From IMG/VR virus record IMGVR_UViG_3300020045_006174, positions 1-41,572 of that record: DNA of 41,572 nt, one strand, 5' to 3'. A program made the position numbers and the translations under genes. The stretch comes from a virus. Taxonomy: Duplodnaviria > Caudoviricetes. Positions within the stretch are counted from its first letter, which is position 1. The number at the start of each line of letters is the position of its first letter. The notes under the pieces are model-generated. The model saw nothing but the letters and a program-made list of their open reading frames with translations, searched no databases and was not told the origin of the DNA. Positions 16,374 through 26,004 of this stretch are shown one piece after another.

Positions 16374-17722
16374 ACATTCTGCCACCAGGCTGCAAAACGA
16401 ATGACTGCACCGGAATTGCACCGGATGCCGAATCATATTCGTTGCAGGACGCCCTTTATTTCAACGGCACTCCGGTTACGGTTGTGATTACGTGTCCTCC
16501 CGGAGCTACGTCATGCACGCCGGGCGAGCCTGTCGTTGTCACATATCCTCCCGACACATTCGTTTTCCCAGATGTTCCACCGCCGACGCCTGGGCAGCCA
16601 ATCTATTTGAGCATGATGGGGTGTCAGTCAACGGTGAGCATCACACTTCCACCCACCGCGACTCAGGCCGAGATTCAGGCCGCCGTAAACGAAATCATCG
16701 CTCAAGTGGCGCAACAGCAAGCTGAGTGCGATTATTCCCCACCGGGATTTCCTCCGGGAGCTTCGCTTTCGCTTTCGTCGCTGTCTCAAACCAATGCGTG
16801 CCTTGCCAGCACATATTCCGGGTTCATCACCGCAACCGCGAATCCGGCGAGCTATCCTGTTTCTTTCAACGTCACCGGAGGTTCGCTGCCTTCCGGATTG
16901 GTCATGTCGTCGAATGGCGTGTCGGCAACCATAACCGGAATCCCAACGACTGCCGGAAGTGTAACTTTTACGATTACAGCAGTTGCCACCAACGGGGCGC
17001 AAAAGGTTCAGGCGTTTACGATTGTTGTCGCTGGAATAACTACAGCTACTCCATTGACCGACGCCATTGTTGATGAGGTGTATTCCGTCACGCTGACGAC
17101 AAGTGGAATGGCATCTCCTCTACTGTGGGGCATCGCGACGGGATCATTGCCGGCGGGGCTGCTGCTCAATAGCTCGACGGGTGAAATCTCCGGCGTTCCG
17201 ACAACGGTTGGCTCATCGAGCTTTTCTGTGTTTGTTCAAAACAACACGCAGCAGTGTTTCAAGACGTTCAGCCTTGTGGTGGAAAGCACCCCGGTTGTTA
17301 CATGCGAGGCGCTTTCCGAAACAGTTGAGACAATTTTCTCCACCAATGGAAATCTAACCGTTTCGATTGGAGAGTCTGGAATAACATTTAACGAGCCGGG
17401 GCCGGGTGGAGACTTTAGCGATTGGGTTGGTGTTTCAGCGTATTCAGGGGTGGCAGTAAACTGCAACTTTACTATGAATATAGCATCAAACCCGGATGCC
17501 TGCATTTTCAACCTGCTGATATATCTCTACGAGGATGGGGTTGGGCCTCCTCCTGAAAGCATAGTTTTAGAAGTGGCTAATTTTACATCATCGCAAGATG
17601 TTGATTTCACAATTCCAGCGATGCCATCGGGATCGTTTAACCGATTCACCATTCTTTTTTTAGTGCGGCCCGACATTGGATCGGTGGCCCCTGTTTACAC
17701 TGGATCAATCACCTGCTCGTAA
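16370..17722 (+). CDS. Virion protein with putative Ig (He_PIG-like) repeats
   Basis: GSLPSGL..S....TITGIPTTAG..TFTITA and GSLPAGL.LNSSTGEISGVPT..G.SSF. Confidence 0.8.
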   Translation: MNILPPGCKTNDCTGIAPDAESYSLQDALYFNGTPVTVVITCPPGATSCTPGEPVVVTYPPDTFVFPDVPPPTPGQPIYLSMMGCQSTVSITLPPTATQAEIQAAVNEIIAQVAQQQAECDYSPPGFPPGASLSLSSLSQTNACLASTYSGFITATANPASYPVSFNVTGGSLPSGLVMSSNGVSATITGIPTTAGSVTFTITAVATNGAQKVQAFTIVVAGITTATPLTDAIVDEVYSVTLTTSGMASPLLWGIATGSLPAGLLLNSSTGEISGVPTTVGSSSFSVFVQNNTQQCFKTFSLVVESTPVVTCEALSETVETIFSTNGNLTVSIGESGITFNEPGPGGDFSDWVGVSAYSGVAVNCNFTMNIASNPDACIFNLLIYLYEDGVGPPPESIVLEVANFTSSQDVDFTIPAMPSGSFNRFTILFLVRPDIGSVAPVYTGSITCS

Positions 17723-17764
17723 GAAGATTATTGCAAAAATCAAAAACAACCGCAGGATGAAGCA

Positions 17765-18844
17765 ATGAGTGGCGCCTACGTATCGAGACTGATTGATGCC
17801 CGCAACGACTCCGCGATTCAGGAGGTGGCCGGCGTCTGCTCGACTGGCGACCAGTATCGCAACCTCGTCAACGATGCCACCCGGCTCTTGATGGACCGTG
17901 GCGGCTGGGTTGGCTCAGAGGTAATTATGCGACTCTGCGGCACTGGCTGCGATGCGGTATTTCCTCGGTACGTCGGCACTGTGCTGGGATTGCGTCCCGG
18001 CTGCGGCGATTACCTCGACCTGCGAAACCACTGGTGGGCCATCCTTGCCCCGAATTACTCCAACGGTTACGGCAATGGCTGGGGTGACGGCGTTTACGGA
18101 AGCTGGGGATTTGGTGCGTACGGATACGGATACAACGCCAGTGGTTATTACGGATACGCTCCCGATGTCGTCGAGAGCAACGATGTGCCGACGTTTAACA
18201 AGGTGTCTGGCAATACTGGAAAGCTGATTCGTTATCACGTCGTCAATGCCGAGGACTACGGCAAGACCATCACTCTTTACGGCAAGAAATACGGCGGTCA
18301 GCCATTGCAGGAGATTGTTGACGGAACAACGCAGAACGGATTGACGCTGACGGCAGCAAATCCATTCGCCCAGACGACCACTCTTGTAACCAAGATTGAC
18401 CGCGTGGTTCGCCAGCCGACTGTGAGCCCGACGTATTTGTATGAATACGACACGGCGACTGCAAAGCTTCGGATGTTGGCAGCATACGAGCCGAGCGAAA
18501 CGAATCCATCCTATCGGCAGATGCGGATTCCTAACGTGTCCACCTGCTGCAATGTTGACGCGAATGGTGAGAGCCGGTGGCAGATTGAGGCGCTGATAAA
18601 GCTCAACTTCATCCCGGCGCTTTCCGACAACGATTTCATCGCGATTGGAAACATGGATGCAATTTCGATGGCAATTCAGAGCATCAAAGCGCGTCGGGCG
18701 AACGATCTTGTTTTGGCCCGTGAGTCCATGAAGGACGCCATCGAGACTTTGAATTACGAACTGAGAACCAAGTCGCCTGCCGACCAATTATCGGTTAGGG
18801 TAAGCACGATGGGTAGCAACTATATCCTCTCCAGTCCAATCTGA
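17765..18844 (+). CDS. Head-tail adaptor / tail tubular protein-like
   Basis: Helical N- and C-termini (LVNDATRLLM; AISMAIQSI...AIETLN) flanking a beta region; position before the ejection genes. Confidence 0.5.
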   Translation: MSGAYVSRLIDARNDSAIQEVAGVCSTGDQYRNLVNDATRLLMDRGGWVGSEVIMRLCGTGCDAVFPRYVGTVLGLRPGCGDYLDLRNHWWAILAPNYSNGYGNGWGDGVYGSWGFGAYGYGYNASGYYGYAPDVVESNDVPTFNKVSGNTGKLIRYHVVNAEDYGKTITLYGKKYGGQPLQEIVDGTTQNGLTLTAANPFAQTTTLVTKIDRVVRQPTVSPTYLYEYDTATAKLRMLAAYEPSETNPSYRQMRIPNVSTCCNVDANGESRWQIEALIKLNFIPALSDNDFIAIGNMDAISMAIQSIKARRANDLVLARESMKDAIETLNYELRTKSPADQLSVRVSTMGSNYILSSPI

Positions 18845-18847
18845 CCT

Positions 18848-19324
18848 ATGGCAATCGCACCAAACTTTTTGGAACAATACATACCGGGACTGACGGCAAA
18901 CACCGGGGCCGCCAGCGCAAACATCGGCCAACAACTGACCGGCCTGCCATCGACCGGACAGGCGAAGCGAAAGGCGGCTTACTTTGGCGCCACATCCGGG
19001 ATGCCAAACAGCGGAGTCTCGAATGCTCTCGGGTATGATTTGTACGGCGAACAAGCCGACCAATACCAGCAGCAAGGTTTCGATAACCTGCTCAAGATGC
19101 TCACGAGTTATTCCGGGACCGCAGCCCCGACGACCGCTCAAGTTCAGCAGGAGCAGCAATGGAATCAAGACCGCGAAGACCGACGCATTTCCGACTTTCG
19201 TGACCGCGCCGCTCAAGAGGAGGCGTCCATGAGCGCGAATCGCCCACGCAAATACGCCTTCACGATGACCGGAAATCGCAGCCCGGTGCCGGGCGGATTT
19301 CAAAACCGGGAATGGTGGGCATGA
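18848..19324 (+). CDS. Putative internal virion (ejection) protein
   Basis: Gly/Ala/Gln-rich helical protein ahead of the large ejection protein. Confidence 0.5.
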   Translation: MAIAPNFLEQYIPGLTANTGAASANIGQQLTGLPSTGQAKRKAAYFGATSGMPNSGVSNALGYDLYGEQADQYQQQGFDNLLKMLTSYSGTAAPTTAQVQQEQQWNQDREDRRISDFRDRAAQEEASMSANRPRKYAFTMTGNRSPVPGGFQNREWWA

Positions 19325-19327
19325 TTT

Positions 19328-20029
19328 ATGGCAGAATTGATTGAACCATTTGAGCGTGAACTTCGCCGCGTGCGTCGCCGTGAGGATTTTGAACCACAGC
19401 GCAGCGACGGATTTTCCAACGACGGACTTTCTTACAGCGTCGCCAACGATCTAGGCAAGATGTGGGGTCAGGCGTTGTCGGACTACGAGACGCGCAGCAA
19501 AGACCCGCGCTTTATTCCGGGTGCTGCGGTCGAATCTCCAGATGCTCCTGAAGCCCTGCGCCGCGAATTGCTCGACCCAATCATGGAGCGATTTGCACCG
19601 CGAAGCATGACCAAGACGGCAAGCCCGCTGATTCGAGAAGTGGGCAACGACGTTTACCAAATCGACCCGAGAACTGGAAGGTCGGTCAAGATTGTTGATA
19701 CGCCAGACCGGCCTGATACCCGGGGCGACAACTTCGAGCGACAGGTTATTCTCGGAAAACTTTCTGACCTGCGCCGATTGAAGGGCGACCGATTTGCCAT
19801 GCTCAAGTCAGGTCGCACGCCAGAGGAGATTGACGCCGAAATTGCCGCACTGGAAAACCAAGGGCGAGAAATCTATCAGCCTAAAGCCGGCATCGTTCCT
19901 CCTGTTCCTGAAGCTCCACGACTATCCCCACCATCAGCCGATGTCCAAGAAGTCACCCGCAAGATGAAGGACGGTCGCCGGGCAATTTTCGACGCCAAGA
20001 CCAAATCCTTTATCCGCTATGCCGACTAG
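19328..20029 (+). CDS. Putative internal virion protein
   Basis: Operon position; VGNDVYQIDPRTG repeat-type motif. Confidence 0.5.
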   Translation: MAELIEPFERELRRVRRREDFEPQRSDGFSNDGLSYSVANDLGKMWGQALSDYETRSKDPRFIPGAAVESPDAPEALRRELLDPIMERFAPRSMTKTASPLIREVGNDVYQIDPRTGRSVKIVDTPDRPDTRGDNFERQVILGKLSDLRRLKGDRFAMLKSGRTPEEIDAEIAALENQGREIYQPKAGIVPPVPEAPRLSPPSADVQEVTRKMKDGRRAIFDAKTKSFIRYAD

Positions 20030-23000
20030 GCCCACATGGGACGACACGGTTGAAGAAGCTCCAAGCTGGGATGATACGATGGAGGATGCGCCTTTGTGGG
20101 ACGATACCACCGAGGATCAACCCCAGATTGGCGACCTCATTCAGCCTGCCGAAAACGCTTCACTACTAGGCGTTCCCAATGCTCCACGGATTACGCTGAC
20201 GCCCCCAAGTGTCGGAAGTCTTCCACCTGAAGGCGCAGGAGCAGAATCTTTCCAAGACCCGTCGTGGAAGGAAATCCTGATGACTCCTCTAACCGAGTCG
20301 GGAAACCTCGGACGAGCGGCAATCGCTGACGTGGCGGCTGGAATGCGTGGCAGTCCAGAATTTAGCGGAAACCTTCCTGCCTCGATCATGGGCGAGTCTC
20401 TGCCAATCGACAAAGCTCTTGCTGACGCTTCCAGTGAATCTCCGGCATGGGCGACGGTAGGAAAGATTTCGCAAGGCTTGGCTAGCTCACTGCCAACGAT
20501 TGCCATGTTCCCGCAAGGCGCAATCGGAAAGCTTGTCGCTGCCGGATTTACCGCCGACATGCTGGCCAACGCGCCAGATGCCGCCCGGCGACTCGGAAGC
20601 GAGATGGGAAAGCCAGAAGCAGAGCGCGACATGGACGCAATGACCAGCGCCATTTCCGAGCTTGCCCAGACTGCTGCTTTTGCCCCGATGGCTGGCGCTC
20701 ACGCAGGAGGTAAGTTCATCGGTGAAAGGGTTGCGCCAAAGGCTGAGGCAATTCGGGCGCTCGCCAAAGAGTTAAAGGCCGAGCCGAATGTTCAAGCGCC
20801 GACCTCGCGGGAAGGATTGCGCCAGCTTGGGCTTCGACCTCCGAACTTGGAAAACGTGTTGGGCACTCCCGACCTTCAGGCATTGGCCGACCGCGCTTTG
20901 CAGGAAGGCCGCAATCCAGTTTTGGACCGGGGACAGACTCCGGCGATTGAGCAGATTCGACGCGAGTTGAATCCTCCAGAGGTCGGGCTTTCCGAACCAA
21001 CGCGACTCGCAGAAAGAATCGAAGGCGGAGGGGAAGCGCCTTACGGTAAAACGAGCTTTATGCGCGAGGGTGAAGCGCCGACGACACCTCGCACGCAAGC
21101 TGCAAGAGCAGCAGAACCAGAAGGCTCTCTAAAGCTCGGAGAAGCCAAGCCGTCGGCAGACTCCATCTTGCAGATGTCTCCCGAAAGTTATTTCGACACC
21201 TCTCGCAAGTGGGCGTCGGACGCGATGGCTGGAAAAGGCGAGCCGGTTCAAGTTCAGGCCGAGATTGCGGCACTACGCGAACCCAATCTAGCCAAGTGGA
21301 AAGAGGGTTACGCAAAAGCCGCTCAGGAAGCCGCCAAGGTCAAGGCAGAGATTCAAGCCAACCCGGCGTCGATGTCCGACCCTGTCGTGCAAAAGCGTTT
21401 TGGTGGGGCGGCTCAAAAAGCGCAGTTCTTTTCCGAGGGCATCAAGGTTCTCGAAGGGACTGAACCTCAGGCGCGAACTAGGGCGGCTTTGGAACGTGAG
21501 CAGGCTTTGAGCGCAGGAGATGCTTCAAAGATTCCAGACGACGCGCCCTATGAGGTGTTCGATACTCAAACAGGACAAGTCGTTTCGGAGGGGGTTTACA
21601 AAAACAGAAGCCGCATAAGAATTGGCGCAGAAACCAGAAACCAAAACTACGGAGCTTTTCGATATTCCACCCGAGTAAAACCGGAATGGATGGAGGCGCG
21701 GCGTCAAGCCATAGAGCAAGGGTTGAAAGTCAAAACAACCGAAATTGCCCAACCCATCTCCCTGAAAGACACTGCCGCCGAAGTGAGTCGTTTCGAGCAA
21801 GAATTTCCCGGCGCACCGAAGATCAACATTGCTCCCGACTTCACGGCGATGCCCAAGACGGCGCAAGACCTTGCGTTAAGCGTCGGCTCCGATCCTCGTT
21901 TGATTGAGGCTTACGTCCGCAATGGCGAGGTCTGGCTTAACGGTGATGCGGTCACGTCTCCCGCGATGGTTCGTCGTCTCGCATTGCACGAGACAGGAGG
22001 CCATTGGGCTGTTGATAAAAAGCTTGGCAGCCGACTCCAGAAGTTCATGGAGCAGGCGCACGATAGTTGGGCCGATTCCGAAACCATGGCAAACATTCGC
22101 GAGCGTTACCCGAATGCGGACAAAATCACGCTTGGCCGCGAACTAATTGCAAATCTTGCCGAGAATCCCATGCTCGCCCCGAAGGTTTGGAATCGCATCG
22201 TCGCGCAATTCCGTCAATGGTTGCGTGATATTGGCTGGGTCAAAAAGGTTTCCGAGAACGACATTCAATCCCTGATTACCGGAGCGATTGATGGTATGCG
22301 GAAGGCGGAAAAGGGAGAGGCGACGGGGGAGGGCATGTTGTCGCTCAAATCAGCAGCAGAAAAAGCAAATGAAAGATTTACTGAAAAACTGGACACCACT
22401 AAAGACCCCGTTCAAAGGGAAGCTCAAAGTTCCAAATGGAGCTTGGGAGAAGTTCTGCAAAACAAACCCGGAGTGGCTGGCTATGGAGGGCAAGCCGCAC
22501 CCAGTTCCAGCAATCTGCCACCCGGACGCGTACCGCCAGTTGCAAGCGGGGCCGCCCCCGGTTCTGGAAGACCTACGCCGCAAGTCTCCCTCGACGACAT
22601 CTATAAAATCTTCGAGCCGGAAAAGAAAACGTCGCCAACCCTCAAAGAGCGCGGCGTAAAAATCGCCGAAGCTTTCCGCACGGGAGTAAGCTCCAAGTTC
22701 CGCCCCGTCAACAAGCTCGCCGAGGACATCGCCAAGGCTTACGGATTGTCTAAGCCGAAGGACATCGCCGGCATCATGGAGCAGTTGAAGGGCAGTCAAG
22801 GAAAAGGCGAGGCTGACGTTTACCGATTCGACCGCGATGTAGCCAAGCTCGTCGAAGGCAACGAGAAGGATTTCAACGCGTACATGTTTTTGCAGCGCAC
22901 GCTTGACCGCCTGAATCAAGACGCTGCGGACGTGGCCGCTGGACTGCCAGCCCGGCGCAAGGTGTCCCAATACACCACCGCCGACATCGGCGCAAAGATT

Positions 23001-25262
23001 CGCGCTCTTGAGCAAAAGCTTGGACCCGAAAAGCTCCGATCCATTGAGAACGCAGGCCGGGAGTATCAGCGTTACATGGATAATGCGCTTCGCCTTCAGG
23101 TTGAGTCGGGAAGAATGTCCCCGGAGGTCTATAACGAAATCAAGTCCGGCAACCAGTTCTATGCGCCTTTCAAGGTGATGAAGTATCTGGAGGAAAGCTC
23201 GAAGCCTGAAGGTTCTGGAAGGCGAATCGACACCACCGCTGATTTCACGAATGCGATGGAAGGCATTGAATCTCCTGACTTCAAGTTGGGTGACATGCTT
23301 GGCGCCGCCCGGCAGGGAATTTTGATGTCGCGTATTCTCGCCGACAAGAATGTTGCCATGCGAAATGTCGCCGAACTAGCCGCCTTCGATACTCAAGGCA
23401 AGTTCATCAAGCGTCTTGCTGCCGACCAAGAGCCAGCGAAAGGATTCGAGGCAGTCAACGTCTTTGAAAACGGGAAGCAGAATCGCTATGCCGTGAACAA
23501 AGATGTTGCCGAGGCTGTCCAGCTTTACGGCGGCAATGCGGGCGGTGTCATCAGTCGCTTCTTGGGCTATTCGTCCATCCCATTCCGGGCCGGCGCAACG
23601 GCCTTTAACATCCCGTTTCAGGCTGGCAACCTTCTGATTGCGGACGCTCCTCGGGCGGCGCTCATCTCGAAATACGGATTGCGAGGCGCATCAGACCTCG
23701 TGCGCTATCCGCTGGACTTTGTCCATGCCCTGCTTTCATCAATCGGCGGGAATTCTTTCGGCCACAAGAGCAAGATCTATCTTGACTTCCTAGACTCTGG
23801 AGTTGCGGGCGGAACGGTGCAAGAAGCACTTACGCCAAACGCACTGAAATTCAAAGAGCCGACAACAATCTCCAAATCAAAGAAACTAGCGCGAACGGTT
23901 TTCAACATTCTCCCGGACTTTGCAAAGGCAATCGAGGAGACGAACAAGATTCTTGGTGTGAAGCGGGCGATTCGCTTCGAGAATGCCCAAAGCGGAGCCC
24001 AGCTAGCCCGCCAGATTCCAGAAGCCATCACCGAGCTAAGGCGATTCAGCGGCAGTCCTGATTTCGGAAGACAGGGAAAGACTGTTGAAGCGCTCCGCCT
24101 CAATCTGATTTATATGTTCCTCAATGCCCGCCTCCAAGGGGCCATTGCGGATGTGGGTCGATTGACTGGTCACGACGGAGCAAATACCGCTGTATCAACG
24201 TGGCTTAAAATTGCTCCTGCCGTTGGCATTCCTACCGCGTTGCTTTACTACTTGAACAACCGGCCAGGATACAAAGAAGACTACGACAGCCGGCCCGAAC
24301 AGGAGAAGCGCAATTACTGGCTTATTCCAAAGGATTCAACGATTACAAACGATGACGGAGAAACCATGCGGGATTACTGGCGCATCCCGAAGCGGGAGGT
24401 AAGCAAGTGGTTTGCGAACTTCATCGAAACAGCATTGGGCTTCGCGCAGAAACGCGATCCCAAAGCCGCCGCTGATTTCGGGGTGTCGATGCTGGAGGAA
24501 TTATCTCCGGTAAACATTCAGGGTGATACCGCACAGGAACGCTTGGAAAGCATTGGGGCATCTCTTAATCCTTTGCTTAAAGCGCCATTAGAGCTAGGCA
24601 GTGGCCGCGACCTTTACCGCCATCGCAGCATTGTGCCAGAAAGCATGAAAGATGCTTCTCCAGAGCAGCAATATACGCCGCGCACTTCAGAGGCTTTTAA
24701 GAAGATGGCTCAGGCAATGCCTCAAGTTGCACCGGAGTTTTTACGCAGTCCTTTGGTGTTGGAAAATCTGACGCGCAATCTAAGCGCGGGATTGTTTACC
24801 CAATTCCTGCCGCGCAAGCCGATTGAGGGGCGCTCAAAGCTGGAGAACAATCCTTTGCTGGCCCGCTTTCAGGCGTTGCCATATACCGACAATACCGAGA
24901 TTCAAAACAAGATTGATGATCTTCGACGCACCGCCGCCGACGAACAGCTTGAACGGCATCGGGCAGCGTTAAAGTTGCTGCTCGACAACAAGGGCCAAAA
25001 GCTCGAAAAGATTTTGGAGAAAGCGCCATTGGACGAGCGCCTTTTTAACCATGTGATTGACCTCTACATTGCCAAAGAGAATGGCATCACCGCCAAAGAG
25101 AGTCAGCTATTGGCGCTTCCGGTGAAGCAGCGAGCCTCATTTATCTCAAATCAAATCAAAGACCTTCCTCCCGAGAAGCAGCAGGAAATGCTGCTAGACT
25201 TTTCTCGCAAGCGGATTTTGACTGAGGCAGTCTTTCAGGAAATGCCAGATGTAATGCCATGA
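20019..25262 (+). CDS. Large polyvalent ejection protein with zincin-like motif and LPD38-like C-terminus
   Basis: 1747 aa; ALHETGGH...ELIANLAE; FLNARLQG, RNYWLIP, RIPK, P.LKAPLEL..GRD.Y..R.IVP motifs. Confidence 0.75.
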   Translation: MPTRPTWDDTVEEAPSWDDTMEDAPLWDDTTEDQPQIGDLIQPAENASLLGVPNAPRITLTPPSVGSLPPEGAGAESFQDPSWKEILMTPLTESGNLGRAAIADVAAGMRGSPEFSGNLPASIMGESLPIDKALADASSESPAWATVGKISQGLASSLPTIAMFPQGAIGKLVAAGFTADMLANAPDAARRLGSEMGKPEAERDMDAMTSAISELAQTAAFAPMAGAHAGGKFIGERVAPKAEAIRALAKELKAEPNVQAPTSREGLRQLGLRPPNLENVLGTPDLQALADRALQEGRNPVLDRGQTPAIEQIRRELNPPEVGLSEPTRLAERIEGGGEAPYGKTSFMREGEAPTTPRTQAARAAEPEGSLKLGEAKPSADSILQMSPESYFDTSRKWASDAMAGKGEPVQVQAEIAALREPNLAKWKEGYAKAAQEAAKVKAEIQANPASMSDPVVQKRFGGAAQKAQFFSEGIKVLEGTEPQARTRAALEREQALSAGDASKIPDDAPYEVFDTQTGQVVSEGVYKNRSRIRIGAETRNQNYGAFRYSTRVKPEWMEARRQAIEQGLKVKTTEIAQPISLKDTAAEVSRFEQEFPGAPKINIAPDFTAMPKTAQDLALSVGSDPRLIEAYVRNGEVWLNGDAVTSPAMVRRLALHETGGHWAVDKKLGSRLQKFMEQAHDSWADSETMANIRERYPNADKITLGRELIANLAENPMLAPKVWNRIVAQFRQWLRDIGWVKKVSENDIQSLITGAIDGMRKAEKGEATGEGMLSLKSAAEKANERFTEKLDTTKDPVQREAQSSKWSLGEVLQNKPGVAGYGGQAAPSSSNLPPGRVPPVASGAAPGSGRPTPQVSLDDIYKIFEPEKKTSPTLKERGVKIAEAFRTGVSSKFRPVNKLAEDIAKAYGLSKPKDIAGIMEQLKGSQGKGEADVYRFDRDVAKLVEGNEKDFNAYMFLQRTLDRLNQDAADVAAGLPARRKVSQYTTADIGAKIRALEQKLGPEKLRSIENAGREYQRYMDNALRLQVESGRMSPEVYNEIKSGNQFYAPFKVMKYLEESSKPEGSGRRIDTTADFTNAMEGIESPDFKLGDMLGAARQGILMSRILADKNVAMRNVAELAAFDTQGKFIKRLAADQEPAKGFEAVNVFENGKQNRYAVNKDVAEAVQLYGGNAGGVISRFLGYSSIPFRAGATAFNIPFQAGNLLIADAPRAALISKYGLRGASDLVRYPLDFVHALLSSIGGNSFGHKSKIYLDFLDSGVAGGTVQEALTPNALKFKEPTTISKSKKLARTVFNILPDFAKAIEETNKILGVKRAIRFENAQSGAQLARQIPEAITELRRFSGSPDFGRQGKTVEALRLNLIYMFLNARLQGAIADVGRLTGHDGANTAVSTWLKIAPAVGIPTALLYYLNNRPGYKEDYDSRPEQEKRNYWLIPKDSTITNDDGETMRDYWRIPKREVSKWFANFIETALGFAQKRDPKAAADFGVSMLEELSPVNIQGDTAQERLESIGASLNPLLKAPLELGSGRDLYRHRSIVPESMKDASPEQQYTPRTSEAFKKMAQAMPQVAPEFLRSPLVLENLTRNLSAGLFTQFLPRKPIEGRSKLENNPLLARFQALPYTDNTEIQNKIDDLRRTAADEQLERHRAALKLLLDNKGQKLEKILEKAPLDERLFNHVIDLYIAKENGITAKESQLLALPVKQRASFISNQIKDLPPEKQQEMLLDFSRKRILTEAVFQEMPDVMP

Positions 25263-25645
25263 AACTAGTAATGCGTCGTCCGACGGAACTTTACCCGGCA
25301 GGCCAAGGCTTTAGCTTCATCGAGCCAAAGACCAAGAAGGAATTCAACGGACTCCACGGCTCACCCAACGAGACGGCGAGAAAGGTCGTCGAGCATCGTC
25401 GCGCCAATCCACATATTTTTTCCGAGGCGAGCGAGTTTGATGTCGAGTCGGTTGTTCAGGAGATATTCGCTCAGAAATTTGCGACCATGCCGGAACTGTT
25501 CATTGGGTTCGGCGATCCCACGGAAACCGGCATGAGCAACAAATGCAAATGCGGGGCGAATGATTGGGAGGAAATTTACTGTCCAACATGCGCTGGAAAA
25601 AGAGTCGTCGGCCATAAATGCCGGAAATGCGGCAAAGAAAAATGA
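25259..25645 (+). CDS. Hypothetical protein with C-terminal Cys cluster
   Basis: CKCG, CPTC and CRKC; ATGA coupling. Confidence 0.7.
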   Translation: MKLVMRRPTELYPAGQGFSFIEPKTKKEFNGLHGSPNETARKVVEHRRANPHIFSEASEFDVESVVQEIFAQKFATMPELFIGFGDPTETGMSNKCKCGANDWEEIYCPTCAGKRVVGHKCRKCGKEK

Positions 25646-26004
25646 GCATCCTGGATCAAGTTAAAAGCATCCCGCACGGTCTGAGCATAATTACCCGATG
25701 GCTCGGCAGTGGAGGCAATGTCTGCGGACTGGAGGAAGCGCAACGCCGGGCTGACATCTGCCTGAAGTGCAAAAACAACGTGCAGGGAATGGCGCTTAGT
25801 TCCGCCGTCGCCACTGCGGTAAAGACCCATCTTGAGGTGAAGAACAAGCTCAACCTGCGAGTGAAGGGCGAAAAGAGCCTTGGCGCCTGTGCGGTCTGCA
25901 CCTGCCAACTGCGCTTGCTCATCCACGAACCTATTGATAAAGTTCGTTCAGAAATTCAACCGGGAGAAGTTCACCCCGGACATTGCTGGAAAATCGCACC
26001 ATGA
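25642..26004 (+). CDS. Cys-rich hypothetical protein
   Basis: AQRRADICLKCKNN, CAVCTC, HCW; coupled start. Confidence 0.7.
   Translation: MSILDQVKSIPHGLSIITRWLGSGGNVCGLEEAQRRADICLKCKNNVQGMALSSAVATAVKTHLEVKNKLNLRVKGEKSLGACAVCTCQLRLLIHEPIDKVRSEIQPGEVHPGHCWKIAP

Noticed and set aside
12955-17722. Diversity-generating retroelement acting on fibre or Ig genes
   Set aside because: No reverse transcriptase and no template/variable repeat pair with adenine-specific differences seen.
17915-18787. Long antisense ORFs (also 22350-23015, 29566-30291, 38531-39067, 39743-40600)
   Set aside because: They shadow well-supported plus-strand genes with biased codon usage and have no motifs of their own.
20028-20112. 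Three spaced tgggacgac/tgggatgat repeats as a mini-CRISPR
   Set aside because: Repeats are short, vary at third codon positions and encode PxWDDT peptide repeats.
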